A DNA stretch of 64,000 nt from assembly GCA_902605165.1 (NCBI GenBank), contig CACLBJ010000002.1, forward strand, positions 22,794 through 86,793. Direction: 5' to 3'. The translations under genes were made by a program, and so were the position numbers. Below are positions 16,573 to 26,328 of this stretch, piece after piece. The notes below the pieces were generated by a model that saw only the letters and a list, made by a program, of their open reading frames with translations, had not been told where the DNA came from and searched no databases. Within the stretch, counting starts at the first letter, position 1. The number at the start of each line of letters is the position of its first letter. The stretch is from an uncultured SAR86 cluster bacterium. Its GTDB lineage: Bacteria > Pseudomonadota > Gammaproteobacteria > Magnimaribacterales > D2472.

Positions 16573-17418
16573 TTAGATTAAATGTGGTAATTTTTCTTCT
16601 GACTTTAGTATTCTAGTTAGCTGTCTACTCGTTGCAACTAAATTTTTATTTAAATCCCAAATCTGACAATCTTGTTCAAAGAAACCTTTGTTTAGATCTT
16701 TTGCAATTACATCCATAAAAAGCTCACTTGTTGTCGGAAGCTGTCTAATATTTGTTGTTAATGAGAGTGTCGGCACCCATCCAAGGGGTCCATATTTATT
16801 CATGACAACTGGTGGAAAAAAGTCAGAGTAAAAAGATAATACAAATTGATCAGGAATTTCTTGACCCATTGAGATAAATCCTGCACATCTAGCTTCATCC
16901 AATAAGTCATTCTCATTTTTAAGCCACCATGCATGCTGTTTAGCAATATCGCATTTAGTCTGTTTTATAAAACTCGGTGTAAAGCCCTCTTGCTTATTAT
17001 CAAAGTTAAGTGAAATAAATAAGTCTCTTTTTTCATTAAAGATCTTTGGAGGAAGTGTTTCTAGGTCATTTACACCATTCATATAATCAAAATCAGAACA
17101 TATTCCTGTCATCATGCATCTTAATTTTTCATCTTGTATTAACGAAACTCGTCCCACTGAAGACCCTCTGCTTTCTCTTATCTTATCTACATGGATACTA
17201 ATTTCTTTTGGCTCAGTTCTATCTAAATAAAGAGTGTTTGAATTTATTACATGCGGATGTGGCATGCTCAATGAAAGTGCTTTTTGCATTACTGCTGTCA
17301 GGTAACCTCCATGAGGAGTATTACCTACAAAGTAATCTTTTGATGGAGTCATTGAAAAAATATTTTCATCTGACTTATCAATAATAATAGAATTCTCAAA
17401 TTGTTTAAAAAAGCTCAT
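16573..17418 (-). CDS. Thioesterase-like (double hot-dog, TesB-like) protein
   Basis: 281 aa. GNTPHGGYLTAV near the N-terminus and the overall size resemble acyl-CoA thioesterase II-like proteins. This is a weak, motif-only call. Confidence 0.45.
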   Translation of the reverse strand: MSFFKQFENSIIIDKSDENIFSMTPSKDYFVGNTPHGGYLTAVMQKALSLSMPHPHVINSNTLYLDRTEPKEISIHVDKIRESRGSSVGRVSLIQDEKLRCMMTGICSDFDYMNGVNDLETLPPKIFNEKRDLFISLNFDNKQEGFTPSFIKQTKCDIAKQHAWWLKNENDLLDEARCAGFISMGQEIPDQFVLSFYSDFFPPVVMNKYGPLGWVPTLSLTTNIRQLPTTSELFMDVIAKDLNKGFFEQDCQIWDLNKNLVATSRQLTRILKSEEKLPHLI

Positions 17419-17472
17419 TTTTCAATAATTTCCTTCATAATTGTAATTGATAAAGCTTAAATACTCTAAATT

Positions 17473-18273
17473 ATGAATAGATACTTCGATATTGCTCTAA
17501 ACCTAGCAAGTGACAGGTTTTTAGGTGAAAGAGATAAAGTTATTGCTGATGCTCTTACTCGAAATGTAAATTACTTTAATATTGTATGCTCTTCTTTAAA
17601 TGAATTAGATTTTGTAAAAGATTTAAATGATAGATATGGACAAAATTCATGTTTTACACTTGGAGTGCATCCCCATAATGCAAATGAATTAAATGGAAAT
17701 ACTTTAAAGTCTTTAAAGGATTATATAAAGATCCATCAGCCATCTGCAGTGGGTGAAACTGGGCTAGATTTTTTTAGAAATCTATCTTCATATGAAAATC
17801 AAATAAATGCTTTTGAGCAACAAATAATAATATCAATAGAAAATAATTTGCCTTTATTTCTTCACCAAAGAGAAGCTCATGATGATTTTATAAAAGTTAT
17901 TGATAAATACATATCTGATATTCCAAGAGGAGTGGTTCATTGTTTTACTGGTACTCAATCTCAACTTGATGATTATCTTGAGAGAGATCTATATGTAGGA
18001 TTGACTGGATGGATATGCGACGAAAGGCGAAATAAAGATTTAAGAGAAAGCATCAAAAATATTCCGATGGATAAGCTAATGATTGAAACAGATGCGCCTT
18101 ATTTAATCCCAAGGAATTTGGAAATGAAACCTAAGAATAATAGAAATGAGCCTCAATTTCTTCCTCACATTGCAAATGAGGTTGCAGCTTTAATGAATAT
18201 AGACCTAAAAGAATTCAATAAACAGGTATTGAATAACAGTAAGTCATTCTTTGGAATTAACTTTCAAGATTAA
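17473..18273 (+). CDS. TatD family metal-dependent hydrolase/DNase
   Basis: GVHPH, GETGLDF, LFLHQREA, VVHCFTG and ETDAPYL motifs of TatD. Confidence 0.85.
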   Translation: MNRYFDIALNLASDRFLGERDKVIADALTRNVNYFNIVCSSLNELDFVKDLNDRYGQNSCFTLGVHPHNANELNGNTLKSLKDYIKIHQPSAVGETGLDFFRNLSSYENQINAFEQQIIISIENNLPLFLHQREAHDDFIKVIDKYISDIPRGVVHCFTGTQSQLDDYLERDLYVGLTGWICDERRNKDLRESIKNIPMDKLMIETDAPYLIPRNLEMKPKNNRNEPQFLPHIANEVAALMNIDLKEFNKQVLNNSKSFFGINFQD

Positions 18274-19354
18274 TATTATATTTTTCAGAAATTAAGACAT
18301 TATCTTCGCCAATTTTTTTTGGAGAGCTTTTTATCTCAAGAGGTGTTTCTGAGAATCTCGGGGACGGATTAGGTTGAACCACTCCATCACGCTCAATAAA
18401 TGTTGATCTTGATTTGTTGTGCGCATGTTTTGGAGCCTCATCCAAATCAAGAATTGGAGTAATACAAGCATCGGAATCTTTAAAAATCATAGCCCATTCA
18501 TCTCTATTTTTGGAGAGGAACTTTTCTCTAAGTATGGATTTAAGCTCTGGCCATATATCTTTACTGAATTGCTTTGAGAATCTTTCATCTGTGATCTCTA
18601 ATTTATTTAACATCTCTTTATAAAACTTATCTTCTATACAGGCTACTGCTAAATATTTCCCATCTTTGCATACATAAGTATCATAGAAATGAGCTGAACC
18701 ATCGAGAAGGTTAGACTCTCTTTCATTGACCCACATTCCAGAACCATAAAAAGAATAGAATAGGCTCATAAGCATAGAAGTCCCATCAATCATTGCTGCA
18801 TCTACTACTTGCCCTTTTCCAGTTTTTTGAGAATGGATTAAGGCTGAAAGCATACCTACTGCCAATAGCATACCTCCTCCGCCATAGTCAGCAATAAGAT
18901 TCAAGGGAACTGGAGGTCGCTCATCTTTTCTTCCAATGGCGTTTAATGCTCCTGTGATGCTCAAATAATTTAAATCATGTCCAGCCATATCAGAAAACAA
19001 ACCCTCTTGGCCCCATCCGGTCATTCTTCCGTAGACTAGCTTTTCGTTGATACTTAATAAATCATCTGGGCCAAGACCTAATTTTTCCATTACTCCTGGT
19101 CTAAATCCTTCAAATACTGCATCCACCTGAACGATTAATTTTTTTAATTCACTGATTGATTCACCGTTTTTTAAATCTAATGTGATTGAAAACTTTGATC
19201 TATCATTTAAATCATACTTTGATCCATTTCCTTTAGACCCAGGTCGGCTTATTTTGATAACCTCGGCTCCTAGATCTGCCAACAGCATGCCACAAAATGG
19301 ACCCGGCCCAATTCCAGCAAACTCTAAGATCTTAATTCCTTTTAGTGGTCCCAT
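18257..19354 (-). CDS. CaiB/BaiF family CoA-transferase (alpha-methylacyl-CoA racemase-like)
   Basis: The N-terminal LKGIKILEFAGIGPGPFCGMLLADLGAEVIKI is the family III CoA-transferase signature. 365 aa. Confidence 0.85.
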   Translation of the reverse strand: MGPLKGIKILEFAGIGPGPFCGMLLADLGAEVIKISRPGSKGNGSKYDLNDRSKFSITLDLKNGESISELKKLIVQVDAVFEGFRPGVMEKLGLGPDDLLSINEKLVYGRMTGWGQEGLFSDMAGHDLNYLSITGALNAIGRKDERPPVPLNLIADYGGGGMLLAVGMLSALIHSQKTGKGQVVDAAMIDGTSMLMSLFYSFYGSGMWVNERESNLLDGSAHFYDTYVCKDGKYLAVACIEDKFYKEMLNKLEITDERFSKQFSKDIWPELKSILREKFLSKNRDEWAMIFKDSDACITPILDLDEAPKHAHNKSRSTFIERDGVVQPNPSPRFSETPLEIKSSPKKIGEDNVLISEKYNINLES

Positions 19355-19363
19355 ACAATAATC

Positions 19364-21805
19364 CTATTCAAAAGCTCTCATTTTTTCCAATAAAATTGGT
19401 AATAAGGTTAATGATACTAAAAATGCAAAAAACATTGCTAGCGCTGTGAAAATACCAAAGTAAATTGTAGGAATGAAATTAGAAAAGGAAAATATTAGAA
19501 ATCCAAGAGATATTGTAGACGCTGTATAAAAAATTGCCCTTCCTATAGTTGAATGAGATCCAATCATAGCCTCATTGAAATCATTATTTAGCTCATATTC
19601 AGATTTAAATTTGTACAGATAGTGAATTGTATTATCAACTGCAATTCCAACGCTGATTGAAGCTACTGTAATAGTCATAATATCAAGCGGGATCATAAGC
19701 AAGCCCATTGTTCCAAGAACTCCTAGGCCAATAAGTATATTCGGCAATAATCCAGCGAGCATGATCTTTACTGATCTAAAAAGAATTAATAACATTAGTG
19801 CAATTACGGTATAAACAATAATTATTGAGTTAAGCATCGAGCTAAATAAAGATTGCAACATGTTGTTGTAAAGAACTGCTAAACCTGTAATTTTATATTT
19901 GTCACTTGATATTCCAAACCTTTGCTGCAAATCTGAGTGTATTTTTTTCAATAAAAGGTCTCTATTTAAAGATTCAGAGCTCTCATAGACTCTGGTAGAA
20001 ATCCTCACAATGGAATCATCATTGGAAATATAAGAATTTAAAACAGTATCTTTTATATCCTCTGGCAAGACAGATCTTAATAATGCAAGTTCAAGATCAT
20101 TTAATTCGTTATTATCATTAATTTTACGTGCTAGCTTAATGCCACTCGATACACTCAATACCTTCCCAATGTTTTCGTTATCATCAAGATAGTCATGAAT
20201 TTCTTCAAGCCTCTTTAGGTTATATGTGTTCCACCAGTAACCCGAGGATTCACTGTTGTCATCATCAAATATATCTTCATCAAAAAGATCATCAAATTCC
20301 TGATTAATCTCCTCTTTATCATCAAGATAATTGTCAGGTTCGTAAATAATAATATCCAAGGTAGCTGTTCCGCCAAGCTTTTCATCAAGCTCTGTCATGC
20401 CTTGATATATTTCTGTATTTTTTTTGAAATAATCTATGAATTTATTCTCAACCTTTAAATTATTCATGCCAAAAATAAATAATAAGCCTAAGAATATTGA
20501 AATTGAAAGGATCATTGTCTTGTAAGTAATAATATTTTTACCGATTGCTATTGGCAATCTGCCAACCTTTGATGATGCTCGCAGTGAATCAAAATTCAAG
20601 TTGTAGAATGCCAAAGGAACAAATGTGAATGTGAATATAAATACAACAATAATTCCAACTGTCATCATTTTCCCAAACTCTAAAACCGGTTTTATATCTC
20701 CAGAAATAAGAGATAAAAATGCTACTCCGGTTGTAAGAACTGCAAAAAAGCAAGGTATAAACATTTGGCTGAATGTTTCAATAACTAGGTGTTCGTCAAG
20801 ATCTTCTTTTTTAAGCTCAACAAATCTTTCTATGACATGAACACTTATAGAAATAGTTAAAATTAAAAGCAAAGCAATAAAGTTTGATGAAACAACACTT
20901 ATTTTCCAATCTGCATATCCTAAAATGGAACTTGTTGTATAAATAACTAATGCTGCATTTATTAACGGTATTAATGCAAGCTTAATGTCTCTAAAGAAAA
21001 AATATAGTAAAAATCCAAAAATCAAAAAGACTAATAGACCAAAAATAGAAAGGTCAGACTTAATAAAGTCAATCATATCGTTAGCTATCATTGCTGGACC
21101 ACCCAAGAAAAGTTCACCAAAATCTCTGTTGTTGTTTATTACAGATCTTATTTCTGCAACAATCCTTTTTTCTTTTTCTTGAATTAATGAATTTTGTTCA
21201 TTAATTTTACGATTAACTTCAAGTAAAATGTCTGGCTTATTTGAGTTAAGCAGATCATATCTTTGCTGAATTAGGCTCTCATAGTTTTCATTCTTATCAA
21301 GCAATATCTGAAAAGCTGTTGTTGAAGCATCCTTACTTATAATTAATTCTTGATAAATAGGATTACTTAATATTTCCTGTTTTGCTTTTTGAAGATCAAT
21401 ACTTTCATCTAGTAAATATTTTATATTATCGCCAATCTCCGATAGAGAGACTTTTGGTTGTTCAACTATTGGTGCATCTAGAATCGATAAAACTTGATTT
21501 ACTCCATCTATTTCAAGAATGTCATTCTCAATCTTTTCTATTCTTTGGAGTGATTTGTTGTTAAAAATACCCTCATTAGAGCGCAAGGTAACAATAAGAA
21601 AATCAGAATCTGAAAATAAGTTACCCATTTCTCTGAATGTTTTAAGGTCTGGATCATTTTCTAATACTAGTGAGTCAGAAGATGCATCAAGCTGGAAGTT
21701 AGAAATACCTGGATACAAGCTTATTAAAAATATAAAAAGTACGGAAAAGCTAATCAAAGAATTTCTTAGAATAATGCCAATATATTTTTCAACACCAACT
21801 TTCAT
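19364..21805 (-). CDS. RND-superfamily MMPL/HpnN-like exporter
   Basis: 813 aa with two 6-TM bundles, each preceded by a large soluble loop. This is the COG1033-like architecture. Confidence 0.7.
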   Translation of the reverse strand: MKVGVEKYIGIILRNSLISFSVLFIFLISLYPGISNFQLDASSDSLVLENDPDLKTFREMGNLFSDSDFLIVTLRSNEGIFNNKSLQRIEKIENDILEIDGVNQVLSILDAPIVEQPKVSLSEIGDNIKYLLDESIDLQKAKQEILSNPIYQELIISKDASTTAFQILLDKNENYESLIQQRYDLLNSNKPDILLEVNRKINEQNSLIQEKEKRIVAEIRSVINNNRDFGELFLGGPAMIANDMIDFIKSDLSIFGLLVFLIFGFLLYFFFRDIKLALIPLINAALVIYTTSSILGYADWKISVVSSNFIALLLILTISISVHVIERFVELKKEDLDEHLVIETFSQMFIPCFFAVLTTGVAFLSLISGDIKPVLEFGKMMTVGIIVVFIFTFTFVPLAFYNLNFDSLRASSKVGRLPIAIGKNIITYKTMILSISIFLGLLFIFGMNNLKVENKFIDYFKKNTEIYQGMTELDEKLGGTATLDIIIYEPDNYLDDKEEINQEFDDLFDEDIFDDDNSESSGYWWNTYNLKRLEEIHDYLDDNENIGKVLSVSSGIKLARKINDNNELNDLELALLRSVLPEDIKDTVLNSYISNDDSIVRISTRVYESSESLNRDLLLKKIHSDLQQRFGISSDKYKITGLAVLYNNMLQSLFSSMLNSIIIVYTVIALMLLILFRSVKIMLAGLLPNILIGLGVLGTMGLLMIPLDIMTITVASISVGIAVDNTIHYLYKFKSEYELNNDFNEAMIGSHSTIGRAIFYTASTISLGFLIFSFSNFIPTIYFGIFTALAMFFAFLVSLTLLPILLEKMRAFE

Positions 21806-22101
21806 TAATTTTCACAATCTGGAGTGTCTCTTAAAGACGGATTTTCTTTAAATTCTGATGTTGTCATAGCTGTGATCGAAAATGCATGTATCTCAGCAAG
21901 CAAAGTCCCAACTGCTTTGTAAACTATTTTATGTCTCTGAATTTGAGATAAGTTCATAAAATCATCAGATACAATCTGAACATTAAAGTGTGATTCACTA
22001 TTTGGTGGCACATTATGCTTACAGCTATCATTCCTAATAAGTAATTTAGATACATTCAAGTTATCTCTCAATAATCTTTCTATTTTATTTTGAACAAACA
22101 T
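21805..22101 (-). CDS. BolA family protein (IbaG/YrbA-like)
   Basis: ESHFNVQIVSDDFMNLSQIQRHKIVYKAV..EIHAFSI matches the BolA pattern HF-x-V-x-VS..F.G...v.RHr.Vy....IHAlsi. 98 aa. Confidence 0.75.
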   Translation of the reverse strand: MFVQNKIERLLRDNLNVSKLLIRNDSCKHNVPPNSESHFNVQIVSDDFMNLSQIQRHKIVYKAVGTLLAEIHAFSITAMTTSEFKENPSLRDTPDCEN

Positions 22102-22147
22102 AATATATGTGTATATTTTAATTAAAAATAAAAGATATTGTTGCTTT

Positions 22148-23062
22148 ATGAAAATTTGTTGGTTTAAAGATTCAAAAATTGGTCATGAAAAGCAGGTGCA
22201 AGCAATCTTGGATAATCTGGCCTTAACACAAGATTTAATTATTGAGGAGATAAATGTTAGTAATCCAGTCTGGTTAGAGCTTTTTTTATACTTATTAAAA
22301 ATTAAGCCAAAACAAGATTTAGTTCCAGATATTATTATTGGTGCTGGCTCAGCAACCACAATTCCTATGTTGAGATACAAAACTGGAAATAAAACAAAGG
22401 TTATATCAGTTATGAAGCCTCAATTTTTTGAATCTAAATTTGATCTCATTGTTGCCCCAAGACATGATTATAAAGTGGTTCCTGATAATGTTTTTACATA
22501 TATTGGGTCAATTGCTAAAGTAAATATAAATCTAGATCTAGAAAATATCGGATTGATTATCGTTGGCGGAGTAAACAAACACTTTAATTTTGACGATGAT
22601 TATCTAATTTCTCAGATTGATTTTATAGTTTCATTATTTCCTGATACTAATTGGGCAGTTTTTAATTCTAGAAGAACACCTAAGACCTTTAATGAGAGAA
22701 TTAAAAGAAATACTGCAATTGGGAAATTTATTGATGTGCACAAAAACTTTGAACCCCTTGATGATTATTTATCAAAGGCAAAACTAAAATTTGTAACTCC
22801 TGACTCAGTAAATATGGTATTTGAATCGTTGTCTTCAAGCGGAGAAACTTATCTTTTTGATATGTATTCTTCAAAAGAAAATAAGATAACGAGACTAATT
22901 GATGAAGTTAAGAGTAATAAATATGCAGGTTTTCTTGAAGAAAAGTATTTAGAAAATAGTGAAATAAAAACGATATCTTTAAATAAACCAAATCCACTTC
23001 ATGAGACATTTAGAGAAGTAGAAAAGGTAGCATATGAAATAGAAAAGAGATTTAAAAAATGA
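22148..23062 (+). CDS. ELM1/DUF1022-like putative glycosyltransferase
   Basis: It starts MKICWFKDSKIGHEKQVQAILDNL, which resembles the D-x-K-x-G-H-x-x-Q N-terminus of ELM1-family proteins, and it sits next to GT4 genes. The track ORF begins at GTG 22109, only 8 nt from the divergent BolA start, so I prefer ATG 22148. Confidence 0.4.
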   Translation: MKICWFKDSKIGHEKQVQAILDNLALTQDLIIEEINVSNPVWLELFLYLLKIKPKQDLVPDIIIGAGSATTIPMLRYKTGNKTKVISVMKPQFFESKFDLIVAPRHDYKVVPDNVFTYIGSIAKVNINLDLENIGLIIVGGVNKHFNFDDDYLISQIDFIVSLFPDTNWAVFNSRRTPKTFNERIKRNTAIGKFIDVHKNFEPLDDYLSKAKLKFVTPDSVNMVFESLSSSGETYLFDMYSSKENKITRLIDEVKSNKYAGFLEEKYLENSEIKTISLNKPNPLHETFREVEKVAYEIEKRFKK

Positions 23063-24048
23063 GAATATGCCATTTCCTTTCAAGCGATACTTATGCAGGT
23101 ATCGAACAGTATGTTGATGAAATCTCAAAAGAACAGTCTCACAATCATCAAGTAATAATAATTACAAACAGGTCTATTCTTAATAAATTCAATAATAACG
23201 TATCTAAAATTGGCTTTAGTTCGCTTGGTAGGAGCTCCCCTATTGGACTTTTACGATTATTTTTTCTTATAAAAGAAATCTCACCAGATATTATTCATAC
23301 GCATGCTGCTAAGCCAACTTTTATGATAAATAAAATAAAAAAATTATTTAATGCTAAACATGTTGCAACGATTCATGGAGCAAAAAAGAATCTTGATGAG
23401 TTTGATAAAGCTGACTTTATTACTGTTGGGAATGCAACATATTTGGATAAGCTAAAAAGTAAAAATAAATTAGTTATTAGTAATTGGGCGCTTGATCCTA
23501 TCAGCTATGACCCAGGATCGCGTAAGGAGTACTTCTTAGCTATAGGAAGACTGGTTAAAGAGAAAGGTTTTGATATTTTAATTAATGCTTGGAAAGATAT
23601 AGACGAAAAACTAATAATTTTAGGAAGTGGGAGGTTAAAAAAGAATCTTTTGAAGCAAATTAAGGATACCTCTCAGGAAAGTAAGATTTTTATTGAGGAG
23701 AGTGTTTCTAAAAATGACATTGATGAGTTTTATTCAAGAGCAAAAATGTTGATAATTTCGTCAAGAAGAGAAGGCGGTCCTAGAGTTGCCTTGGAAGCAT
23801 TATTAAGAGGAATTAAAGTCGTCTCCACAAAAGTTGGTCATATGCCTGATATTCTTGATGAGACGTATTTATGTAATCCAGACTCCCTTGATAGTCTTAG
23901 CAATCTCTTAAAGGATTCGATAAATAATATTACAAATATCGATCAAAGTTCTGCATTTGAAAAGGTACGAACTGATTTCACCTTTAGTAAGGCAAATAAT
24001 AGTCTACTTTCTATTTATACTAATTTATTAAATTCTGATATAAGTTAA
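23059..24048 (+). CDS. Glycosyltransferase family 4 (GT-B, group 1)
   Basis: 329 aa. The C-terminal SSRREGGPRVALEALLRGIKVVST is the E-x7-E region typical of GT4 enzymes. Confidence 0.75.
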   Translation: MRICHFLSSDTYAGIEQYVDEISKEQSHNHQVIIITNRSILNKFNNNVSKIGFSSLGRSSPIGLLRLFFLIKEISPDIIHTHAAKPTFMINKIKKLFNAKHVATIHGAKKNLDEFDKADFITVGNATYLDKLKSKNKLVISNWALDPISYDPGSRKEYFLAIGRLVKEKGFDILINAWKDIDEKLIILGSGRLKKNLLKQIKDTSQESKIFIEESVSKNDIDEFYSRAKMLIISSRREGGPRVALEALLRGIKVVSTKVGHMPDILDETYLCNPDSLDSLSNLLKDSINNITNIDQSSAFEKVRTDFTFSKANNSLLSIYTNLLNSDIS

Positions 24049-25096
24049 TCGTAGAGTTAGTCATTCTACTAGCTGTAAAAGTATTTTCTCTTGGAGAAGA
24101 GCTTGATGAAGTAATAAGGTTGGTAGTATTCAAAAGCTCATTCATATCATTTAATTTTACCAATCCTTGTGGAAACAATTCTGATAATATTTCTGAAGCT
24201 CCCCCATGATTCCATCCCACAACTTTTGCACCGCATGCAATAGCCTCAATCATTGTCCTACCAAATGGCTCTGGCGTTTGTGATAAGTTAAAAACAACAT
24301 CTGATATTTTGTAAATATTAGCAATGTCTCTTCTGGAACCGGTAAAAGTAATCTTACCTTCTAGATTTAATGATGAAACTTTATTTTGTAGTTTATTAAG
24401 ATATTTTATTTTTGATTTTGCAGTGGGTCCAACGATAAGTCCATGATAGCTTTCATCAAGTAATGATAATAATTCAATAAATTCTGCTACACCTTTCCAT
24501 TTTGTAATCCTGCCAGGAATTGTTAATACTTTTTTTCCAACTATTTCTGGAAACTCATTTAATATCTTAGCCTTATGATCAGGATTAATTGAACTATTGT
24601 TAAACTCTGTTGGATCGCATCCTCTGGGAATAACTGTTATATCATCCTTGTTAAGTTTGTAATTTTTAAGGATATACTTCTCAACAGTCTTTGATATCGC
24701 GATAGAGTGATCAACAAATGACATAACTTGAGAATATATTGGGAAACTATAAAGACCATGAAAAGTAGAGATAAGAAGAGGTTTTTTTTGGAGCATCTTA
24801 AAAGCTCTAAAGTTTACCCAGGCTGGCATTCTCGATCTAACATGAACAATATCTGGATCTATGGAAGATATTGTTTTAGATAAGTTCTTTGCAAGGGATA
24901 AAGTCCTTAAGCTTTTAATGTGGACTGGAATTTCATAATGTTTTGCTCCAGATTGAATTAGTTCATCAACTAAAATCCCTCCGCCAGAAATTACGAAGGA
25001 TTCATGGCCTTTTTGAATCAGTGCTTTTGATAGATCTAATGTTCCTCTTTCAACTCCGCCTATGTTTAGCTGAGGAAGAATTTGTAAAACTTTCAT
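24020..25096 (-). CDS. Glycosyltransferase family 4 (GT-B, group 1)
   Basis: 358 aa. N-terminal MKVLQILPQLNIGGVERGT and C-terminal EPFGRTMIEAIACGAKVVG (E-x7-E). Confidence 0.75.
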   Translation of the reverse strand: MKVLQILPQLNIGGVERGTLDLSKALIQKGHESFVISGGGILVDELIQSGAKHYEIPVHIKSLRTLSLAKNLSKTISSIDPDIVHVRSRMPAWVNFRAFKMLQKKPLLISTFHGLYSFPIYSQVMSFVDHSIAISKTVEKYILKNYKLNKDDITVIPRGCDPTEFNNSSINPDHKAKILNEFPEIVGKKVLTIPGRITKWKGVAEFIELLSLLDESYHGLIVGPTAKSKIKYLNKLQNKVSSLNLEGKITFTGSRRDIANIYKISDVVFNLSQTPEPFGRTMIEAIACGAKVVGWNHGGASEILSELFPQGLVKLNDMNELLNTTNLITSSSSSPRENTFTASRMTNSTINLYQNLIN

Positions 25097-26319
25097 TATT
25101 CATATCTTAAGGATACTGCAGGATCAAGTCTAGCTGCTCTTCGTGCAGGCCATATACCAAAAAATAGTCCTACCAAAGCAGAAAAGCTTAATGATCCAAT
25201 AATTGCATAAACTGGTATTGAAAAGGGAAAGTCAGCGTCAAAAAAAGATGCACCAACTGTAAATCCATAAACAATGAGTACGCCTAGAATTATTCCCAAT
25301 ATTCCACCTAGAATACACAGAACAATTGCTTCAATAATAAATTGCATCATAATTACTGAATTAGTGGCTCCTAATGCTTTACGTAAACCTATTTCTTTTG
25401 TTCTTTCAGTTACCGATACAAGCATAATATTCATCACTCCTATTCCCCCAACAAGCAAACTTATAGAAGCAATTCCTGTTAATAAGGCTGTGAAAATAGC
25501 TGTTGCCTGTCTTTGTAAATCAGCATACTGACTCCAATCATTAATCCTGAAATCATTTTGTTGCCCTGGTCCTATATCATGCGCAACTCTTAGGATTTGC
25601 TCTATATAAAGCATAGACTCCTCGACGCTTGAATCATTTGGTATCTTTACATTTATTGAGCGTAGATTTCTGGTTCCAAATATCCTCGTGCTAGCAGTCA
25701 TAATTGGAACGTAAACTTCGTTATCAGGAGACTCCCAACCTCTAGAGCCTTCTTTTTTTAGAATTCCTATAACTCTGTAAGGAACTCCATTTATTAAAAG
25801 TTCATTATTTAGGAGTGCTTTTGATGATGTTTTTAGTTCTTTAGGAATATCCGCTCCAATGACAGCAACCCTTCTTCTAGATAAGTCCTCTTCTTCTGAA
25901 AAGAATCTACCTTCATCTACCTCATAACCTCTTGCTGAATCATGGTTCGACCAGTAACCACCAATTTGAGCACTATAATTAGCATTTCCAAATTGAATCT
26001 GTCTACGATCTTTCATTTCTGGCGCTATTTCCCAAGCAAACTCAGAAAATCTCCTTAAAGATTCTGCATCTTTAATTTCTAAAGGTGCATATGATCCTTT
26101 TACACCTCCACGTCTTGTTTGACCTGCATATACGCTTAGAATCCTTCCACCAAGAGCATCTATTTCGTCCTCAAGAGCTTGTTGCGCTCCAGCGCCAATA
26201 CTAAGCATGGCGATTACAGAGGCAATACCGATTATGATTGCAAGCGCAGTCAAGAAAGATCTAGTTGCATTCGATTTAATTGAATCGAGAGCAGTCTTGA
26301 TTGATTCTGAAAATAACAA
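25096..26319 (-). CDS. MacB-type ABC transporter permease (FtsX domain with periplasmic domain)
   Basis: N-terminal NATRSFLTALAIIIGIASVIAM, a large periplasmic loop, and a C-terminal 3-TM FtsX region ending PARRAARLDPAVSLRYE. Confidence 0.85.
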   Translation of the reverse strand: MLFSESIKTALDSIKSNATRSFLTALAIIIGIASVIAMLSIGAGAQQALEDEIDALGGRILSVYAGQTRRGGVKGSYAPLEIKDAESLRRFSEFAWEIAPEMKDRRQIQFGNANYSAQIGGYWSNHDSARGYEVDEGRFFSEEEDLSRRRVAVIGADIPKELKTSSKALLNNELLINGVPYRVIGILKKEGSRGWESPDNEVYVPIMTASTRIFGTRNLRSINVKIPNDSSVEESMLYIEQILRVAHDIGPGQQNDFRINDWSQYADLQRQATAIFTALLTGIASISLLVGGIGVMNIMLVSVTERTKEIGLRKALGATNSVIMMQFIIEAIVLCILGGILGIILGVLIVYGFTVGASFFDADFPFSIPVYAIIGSLSFSALVGLFFGIWPARRAARLDPAVSLRYE

Positions 26320-26328
26320 ATTTATACC

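Noticed and set aside
22109-22147. GTG start at 22109 for the ELM1-like gene (track ORF)
   Set aside because: It would place the start 8 nt from the divergent BolA start codon, leaving no promoter space. It would also add a non-conserved MYILIKNKRYCCF extension, so ATG 22148 is preferred.
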